Source of the DNA: Psychrobacter cryohalolentis K5
Lineage (GTDB): Bacteria; Pseudomonadota; Gammaproteobacteria; Pseudomonadales; Moraxellaceae
Assembly (NCBI RefSeq): GCF_000013905.1
Contig: NC_007969.1
Coordinates: 1,170,001-1,202,000, forward strand
Length of the DNA stretch: 32,000 nucleotides
Direction: 5' to 3'
Shown: piece by piece, positions 27,304 through 32,000 of the stretch
Numbering within the stretch: the stretch's first letter is position 1
Layout of the letters: every line of letters begins with the position of its first letter
Position numbers and translations under genes: made by a program
The notes under the pieces: model-generated
Told to the model about the DNA's origin: nothing
What the model saw: only the letters and a program-made list of their open reading frames with translations
Databases searched by the model: none

Positions 27304-27948
27304 TCAACTATCAGCGAATTTTTGTAATACTTGGCTGTCCCATAACACTTCAGAGACCTGTTCAGGGTCTGTGCAAAAACGTGCGGCGACAAAGAGCCAA
27401 TCAGACAAACGGTTGATAAAGCTGACCGCTGTCGGTCGAATGGCTTGTGGCTGCGCTTGTCTTAGTAATACTGCTTGGCGCTCAGCGCGGCGACAAACAG
27501 TACGTGCCACATGCAACTGGCTGACCAATAATGAGCCTGTTGGTAAGATAAAGTCTTTTAGCGGTGGTAACGTTGTATTCATCGCATCGATCTGCTGCTC
27601 AAGCCAATCAATATGAATCGTATTTACGCCTTCATATTCTGGCATAGCAAGCTCACCACCGATATTAAATAATAAATGTTGAATAATCACTAAAGCTTGG
27701 GCAAAGTCGACTTCTTGTTTTGTTTGCAAGCGTTCAGGTAGCTGTTGGCTGTGACTTGAATTATTGGTTTGCGCACTTAACGCTTGAGTAAGCTGTGCAC
27801 GTACCAAGCCAATGTGCGAGTTGAGCTCATCAATATCACCCATCACACTAAATAGGCTGTCCGCCTTACTGACGCGACTACCATCTGCCATGCCGGTACT
27901 GCCATCATCGCCAGTACGCGTATAAATTTTGCTTAAACGATTGCCCAT
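27304..27948 (-). CDS. PduO-type ATP:cob(I)alamin adenosyltransferase
   Basis: IYTRTGDDGSTGMADGSRVSKADSLFSVMGDIDELNSHIG and the C-terminal RRAER / INRLSD(W/Y)LF blocks typical of PduO/MMAB-type ATR. Preferred start is ATG 27946-27948, with AAGGA 7 nt upstream. Confidence 0.85.
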   Translation of the reverse strand: MGNRLSKIYTRTGDDGSTGMADGSRVSKADSLFSVMGDIDELNSHIGLVRAQLTQALSAQTNNSSHSQQLPERLQTKQEVDFAQALVIIQHLLFNIGGELAMPEYEGVNTIHIDWLEQQIDAMNTTLPPLKDFILPTGSLLVSQLHVARTVCRRAERQAVLLRQAQPQAIRPTAVSFINRLSDWLFVAARFCTDPEQVSEVLWDSQVLQKFADS

Positions 27949-28173
27949 ATTTTTATCCTTAACTATCAATGTTTTTATCATTACAGAGTCTTACTTGCGC
28001 GCTCATTGTAGTATTTTACGAGCATTTTCGCTAAGATAATGGGTTAAGTTTTATATTGATGTTCTCTTTACCCTTGATTTATGCATGATTTGCTTATGTA
28101 AGCGCTTTTTTATTGGCTAAGCGTACATGATTGCTAGGCTTGTTTTCTCTTATACTTTTAATTTAAAGGCTTT

Positions 28174-29640
28174 ATGACTATGACCACACCTCTTGCAGAC
28201 GCGATGTCTCAGCTCGTCATCTATGACTCACTTACTGGACGCAAGCAAGCATTCAAGCCGCTTGCCACGGGCAAAGTTGGCATGTATGTGTGTGGCATGA
28301 CGGTTTATGATTATTGTCATATCGGTCACGCTCGAGTGATGGTTGGCTTTGATATGGCAGTACGTTGGCTTGCACAATTGGGCTATGACGTAAATTACGT
28401 GCGTAATATTACTGATATCGATGACAAAATCATCACCCGTGCTGCCGAAAATGGTGAAGAGATTGGCACATTGACCCAACGTTTTATTACTGCCATGCAT
28501 GAAGATGCGACAGCACTTGGCTGCTTGTCCCCTGATGCAGAACCGCGTGCGACCGATCATATCGATGAGATGCAGCAGATGATTGAGACGTTGGTTAGTA
28601 ATGACTATGCCTACGCGGGTGATAATGGTGATGTCTACTATGCAGTCGATAGCTTCGCAGATTATGGCAAATTGTCAAAACGTAACCTTGATGATATGCA
28701 GGCAGGATCACGGGTTGAAGTCGAGAACGACAAGCGCAATCCATTTGATTTTGTGTTATGGAAAGCGGCGAAACCGGATGAGCCGCAATGGGCATCAGCG
28801 TGGGGTCAAGGGCGTCCAGGCTGGCATATTGAATGCTCAGCGATGTCGACCAAATGCCTTGGTAATACCTTTGATATCCATGGCGGCGGTCATGATTTAC
28901 AGTTTCCGCATCATGAAAACGAGATTGCCCAATCTGAAGCAGCAACCGGCTGTGAATACGCGCGTAACTGGATGCACGTTGGTTTTATCAATGTTGATGG
29001 CGAAAAAATGTCTAAGTCATTGGGGAATTTCTTTACCATTCGTGATGTCATGGCAAAATACTTACCAGAAACGGTTCGTTTCTTCTTATTGTCGAGTCAT
29101 TATCGCAGTCAAGTAAACTTCTCTGATAGTGCCTTGGACGAATCGCATAATAGCCTAAGCAGGTTGTATCAAGCATTAAAAGTTGCTGAACAACAAAAAG
29201 GTAAAGTACTTATTATCGATGAAGCCTTGATTAATAATGCCTACGCCAGTGCAGTGGGACAAGACTTTATCAAAGCCATGAATGACGACTTTAATAGCTC
29301 AACGGCAATCAGTGTGCTGTTTGGATTGGCGCGTGATATCAATAAAGCGAGTAAAGCACAAGATGTAGAGACTGCATGGCAATTAGCGCAGCACTTAAAA
29401 GCTTTGGCGCAAACGCTTAATATTTTACAGCAGCCTGTGCAGCAGTTCTTGCAAGCCGTCATTGGTGAAGTAGCTGAAGATAGTTTAACCGACGAAGCCA
29501 TTGATGGGCTAATCATCGAGCGCGCTGATGCCAAAACCAATAAAAACTTTGCGCGTGCTGATGAGATTCGTGTGCAGTTGAAAGAGGCTGGTATTGAGCT
29601 TGAAGACAGTCGTGCGGGCACCACTTGGCGCCGTGCTTAA
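28174..29640 (+). CDS. cysS: Cysteine--tRNA ligase
   Basis: 488 aa. Class I motifs HIGHAR ([11 protein letters not shown]) and KMSKSLGN, plus Zn-site context WHIECSAM. Confidence 0.97.
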   Translation: MTMTTPLADAMSQLVIYDSLTGRKQAFKPLATGKVGMYVCGMTVYDYCHIGHARVMVGFDMAVRWLAQLGYDVNYVRNITDIDDKIITRAAENGEEIGTLTQRFITAMHEDATALGCLSPDAEPRATDHIDEMQQMIETLVSNDYAYAGDNGDVYYAVDSFADYGKLSKRNLDDMQAGSRVEVENDKRNPFDFVLWKAAKPDEPQWASAWGQGRPGWHIECSAMSTKCLGNTFDIHGGGHDLQFPHHENEIAQSEAATGCEYARNWMHVGFINVDGEKMSKSLGNFFTIRDVMAKYLPETVRFFLLSSHYRSQVNFSDSALDESHNSLSRLYQALKVAEQQKGKVLIIDEALINNAYASAVGQDFIKAMNDDFNSSTAISVLFGLARDINKASKAQDVETAWQLAQHLKALAQTLNILQQPVQQFLQAVIGEVAEDSLTDEAIDGLIIERADAKTNKNFARADEIRVQLKEAGIELEDSRAGTTWRRA

Positions 29641-29689
29641 TGTAAGCATTAGTTTTTTACGCTTGTTCATTCACAAACAATAATAAATT

Positions 29690-29715
29690 AAGCCAGCTAT
29701 CTGCTGGCTTTTTTG
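29690..29715 (+). terminator. Rho-independent terminator after cysS
   Basis: Stem agccagc (29691-29697) / gctggct (29703-29709) with a 5-nt loop, followed by TTTTTT. Confidence 0.75.
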
Positions 29716-29763
29716 TGTCTTCTGCATTAGCTTAATATCATACTTATTAGCAAGAGTTTTTGT

Positions 29764-31710
29764 ATGCAAACTCCTTTCGGATTTCTCAGGACTCACTCTC
29801 TACAGTCTCATGCCCAGTTTCTATCGCGACTGCTCTTTATAATTGGCAGCTTATTTATCCTATTAAATATGGCGTGCATTTCTGCTTATGCAGCAAGCAG
29901 TACTGAGGAAATAGACAGTCGAAATATTGAAGAGACAGTTACTACAAAACCGGAAAATTTGGTTGAGTATGCTGCGCAAAGAATCGACAAGTTAAAAGAG
30001 GAAGGAGTGACTGTCTCTGCCGTTGCAGCAGAGGTAATTAGCCCGCTAGAAAAAAGGACAGTGCAGCAAGCAGGTGTGCTACAAGGAGATTCTGGTCTCA
30101 CTGGTGATTACAGCGAAAACTACTATGCGTTAGATAAGCTCAATGCAGGTTTGCCGCCCTTGTCTGAGCCGCCAAACTTGTCAACCCCACTTGCCACATT
30201 AGAGTTTTTCCAATCGGCAGTCATGAAGCAGCAATATGATTTGGCAGCTTATGCACTAAATATGAACTTGATTGATAGAGAATCACAGTCGAATCAAGCA
30301 ATGGATTTGGTCAAACAGCTTGATTTTTTATTGGTTGAAAAGCAGCTATATGTGTTTGATAAGTTGCCTGATCGTCCTGATGGCTTGATTGAACCGCCGC
30401 TTGGCAGTACGAGCAGCATTCAAGGGATTCCTAGACGTTCTATTCAGCTTGGTTATATTGATTATCGCGAGCGCCGAGTACCCTTGCATCTAGAGCGTGT
30501 ACGTATTGATAATGGGGCGCCTTTTTGGGTATTTTCAGCGCAGACGGTGGCAAATATTGATAAGCTTTATGAACAATATCATCCGGCAAAGTTTGAGCGA
30601 TATCTGCCTAGTTGGACCAAGCTAAAGCTTTTTAATATTGCTATCTGGGAGTTTTTAGCGTTATTTATATTCTTCTCCTTTACCATGGGCATTGGCTGGC
30701 TGCTAAGTACTGCCGCTGGCAAGCTCCTCAATTGGTATGTCATGGATAAAGAAGGCAACCGTCTTGGCACCCTTCATCACAACGGTGTAGAGGATTTGGT
30801 CAATAAGCTGACGGTCCCTCTAACCTTTACCATCAGCTTCTCATCGGTATTTACCTTGGTATCGGGCGGCTTCCCTTACTTGGATGCAGTCGCTTCCTCT
30901 ATACGTCCGATTATTTGGATTGGATTGGTCTTTAGCGCCATGTGGCTCGGTATACGTGTTATCAACTTTTTTGCCAACCGCTATCAAGATATGCAGATTG
31001 AAAATCTAGGAGAGGAGCAGTTTGACAAAGTGCGCCGTCGTCGAACTTACGTATCGATATTTCGTCGCGTCTTCGTATTTGTCATGGTGTTGGGCAGTAT
31101 TTGGATAGGTCTGAGTGAGTTTGCCAACATGGAAGGCTTTGGTAAAACCTTACTGACTTCGGCTGGCATTGCTGGCGTGGTCATTGGTATCGCCGCTCAA
31201 CCAATATTGGGTAACATCATTGCTGGAGTACAGGTAGCAGTGACCCAGCCCGTACGAATTGGCGACAGTGTGATAATGGATGGCAACTTTAGTACCGTTG
31301 AAGACCTGCGTTACACTTATGCGGTACTAAAAACATGGGATGAACGTCGATTAATCGTGCCGATGCGCGAATTGATCACCGAAATGGTAGAGAACTGGTC
31401 GCATACAGAAGTACATCAGACCTGTCCTGTGTTCTTATATATCGATTACGGCGCAGATATTGACGCCATTCGGCAGCAGTTTATTTCGGTGGTGAAAGAC
31501 AACAAGCTTTGGGACAACAAGACTGAGCCTGAAATATTTGTCGTTGAGGTAACTGAAAAGACCATTCAACTGCGTGGCGCTGTTTCAGCGGTAGGCCCTG
31601 TAGAAGCATGGACACTGGCCTGTGAGATACGTGAGCAGATGCTTGATTATTTGTACCGTGAACAAAAGCATTATTTACCAGCTGAGCACCTTGTATTGAG
31701 ACAAAAATAG
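29764..31710 (+). CDS. MscS-family mechanosensitive channel with ~290-aa N-terminal periplasmic domain
   Basis: 648 aa. N-terminal signal-like segment LLFIIGSLFILLNMACISAYA. Several TM segments, then the MscS pore/beta-domain block GIAGVVIGIAAQPILGNIIAGVQVAVTQPVRIGDSV. Confidence 0.88.
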   Translation: MQTPFGFLRTHSLQSHAQFLSRLLFIIGSLFILLNMACISAYAASSTEEIDSRNIEETVTTKPENLVEYAAQRIDKLKEEGVTVSAVAAEVISPLEKRTVQQAGVLQGDSGLTGDYSENYYALDKLNAGLPPLSEPPNLSTPLATLEFFQSAVMKQQYDLAAYALNMNLIDRESQSNQAMDLVKQLDFLLVEKQLYVFDKLPDRPDGLIEPPLGSTSSIQGIPRRSIQLGYIDYRERRVPLHLERVRIDNGAPFWVFSAQTVANIDKLYEQYHPAKFERYLPSWTKLKLFNIAIWEFLALFIFFSFTMGIGWLLSTAAGKLLNWYVMDKEGNRLGTLHHNGVEDLVNKLTVPLTFTISFSSVFTLVSGGFPYLDAVASSIRPIIWIGLVFSAMWLGIRVINFFANRYQDMQIENLGEEQFDKVRRRRTYVSIFRRVFVFVMVLGSIWIGLSEFANMEGFGKTLLTSAGIAGVVIGIAAQPILGNIIAGVQVAVTQPVRIGDSVIMDGNFSTVEDLRYTYAVLKTWDERRLIVPMRELITEMVENWSHTEVHQTCPVFLYIDYGADIDAIRQQFISVVKDNKLWDNKTEPEIFVVEVTEKTIQLRGAVSAVGPVEAWTLACEIREQMLDYLYREQKHYLPAEHLVLRQK

Positions 31711-31822
31711 TCAATGTCTATTGGTTTAGCGCTTAAAAAATTTGAATGTACAGCGTCACTATCGATAGACAGCTTTGGGTAAAACCTATTGACAAATATA
31801 GCATGCGATTTGCTTGCTTATT

Positions 31823-31831
31823 TGTTATAAT
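31823..31831 (+). promoter_or_regulatory. Candidate extended -10 promoter (TGTTATAAT) pointing out of the window
   Basis: TGnTATAAT match at 31823-31831. No convincing ORF lies in the remaining 170 nt. Confidence 0.25.
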
Positions 31832-32000
31832 ATGGCGTTATTTTTAAGGGATAATTCAGTTGTTAAGCATTGTATAGTTAGATTTTGGGGCAGGTAAAGG
31901 GCGCTGTATTAGCCAGTCTGCTGAGCCAATGATTTAATGAGCAATGATGAATTGATGATGTGCCGAACGAATGTTTGTATTTAGTATTTGTTCCCCACAG

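Noticed and set aside
27299-29624. ORFs antisense to or out of frame within the PduO-type ATR gene and cysS (105, 110, 177, 116 and 127 aa)
   Set aside because: These are shadows of genes with unambiguous catalytic motifs.
31789-31831. TTGACA plus TATAAT as one canonical sigma70 promoter
   Set aside because: The hexamers are 31 nt apart rather than 16-18. Only the extended -10 reading is tenable, and weakly so.
1-32000. Search for CRISPR arrays, long tandem or inverted repeats, intact IS or phage genes, toxin-antitoxin pairs, defence-like gene clusters and riboswitch-like leaders
   Set aside because: I saw none. Repeats are limited to short terminator hairpins, one 15-bp duplication and a recurring 7-9-mer. 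Every long ORF has a conventional metabolic, transport or translation assignment except one lipoprotein.

Overview
Ordinary chromosomal window, roughly 40-45% GC by eye. Gene content and protein sequences suggest a Moraxellaceae/Psychrobacter-like gammaproteobacterium, but that is inference only. The centre is a 12-kb, co-directional (minus strand) urea-utilisation supercluster, urtABCDE-ureD-ureA-ureB-ureC-ureE-ureF-ureG (4196..16096). The rest is housekeeping: a partial class V aminotransferase, NAD-malic enzyme maeA, a tRNA(CAT), a FolM-like pteridine reductase, CCA-adding enzyme, NADP-malic enzyme maeB, SelO/YdiU, a delta-9 fatty-acid desaturase, a glycerophosphodiester phosphodiesterase, a lipoprotein with a Pro/Thr-rich tail, a PduO-type corrinoid adenosyltransferase, cysS and an MscS-family channel. 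I found no CRISPR array, intact mobile element, defence-type gene cluster or other convincing novel multi-gene system. The most unusual signal is in the urease structural genes. ureB carries an in-frame TAA exactly at a conserved Glu codon. It also has no stop/start boundary with ureC, so beta and alpha form one continuous reading frame. Secondary observations include two decayed IS3-OrfA-like fragments bracketing maeA-ure-urt, one of them beside the tRNA. There is a sigma54/NtrC-like architecture upstream of urtA. UrtB, UrtD, UreC, UreD and the desaturase appear to carry long extensions or insertions. The CAT tRNA has tRNA-Ile2 (lysidine) identity features. All homology calls rest on motifs I recognise from memory; no database search was possible.
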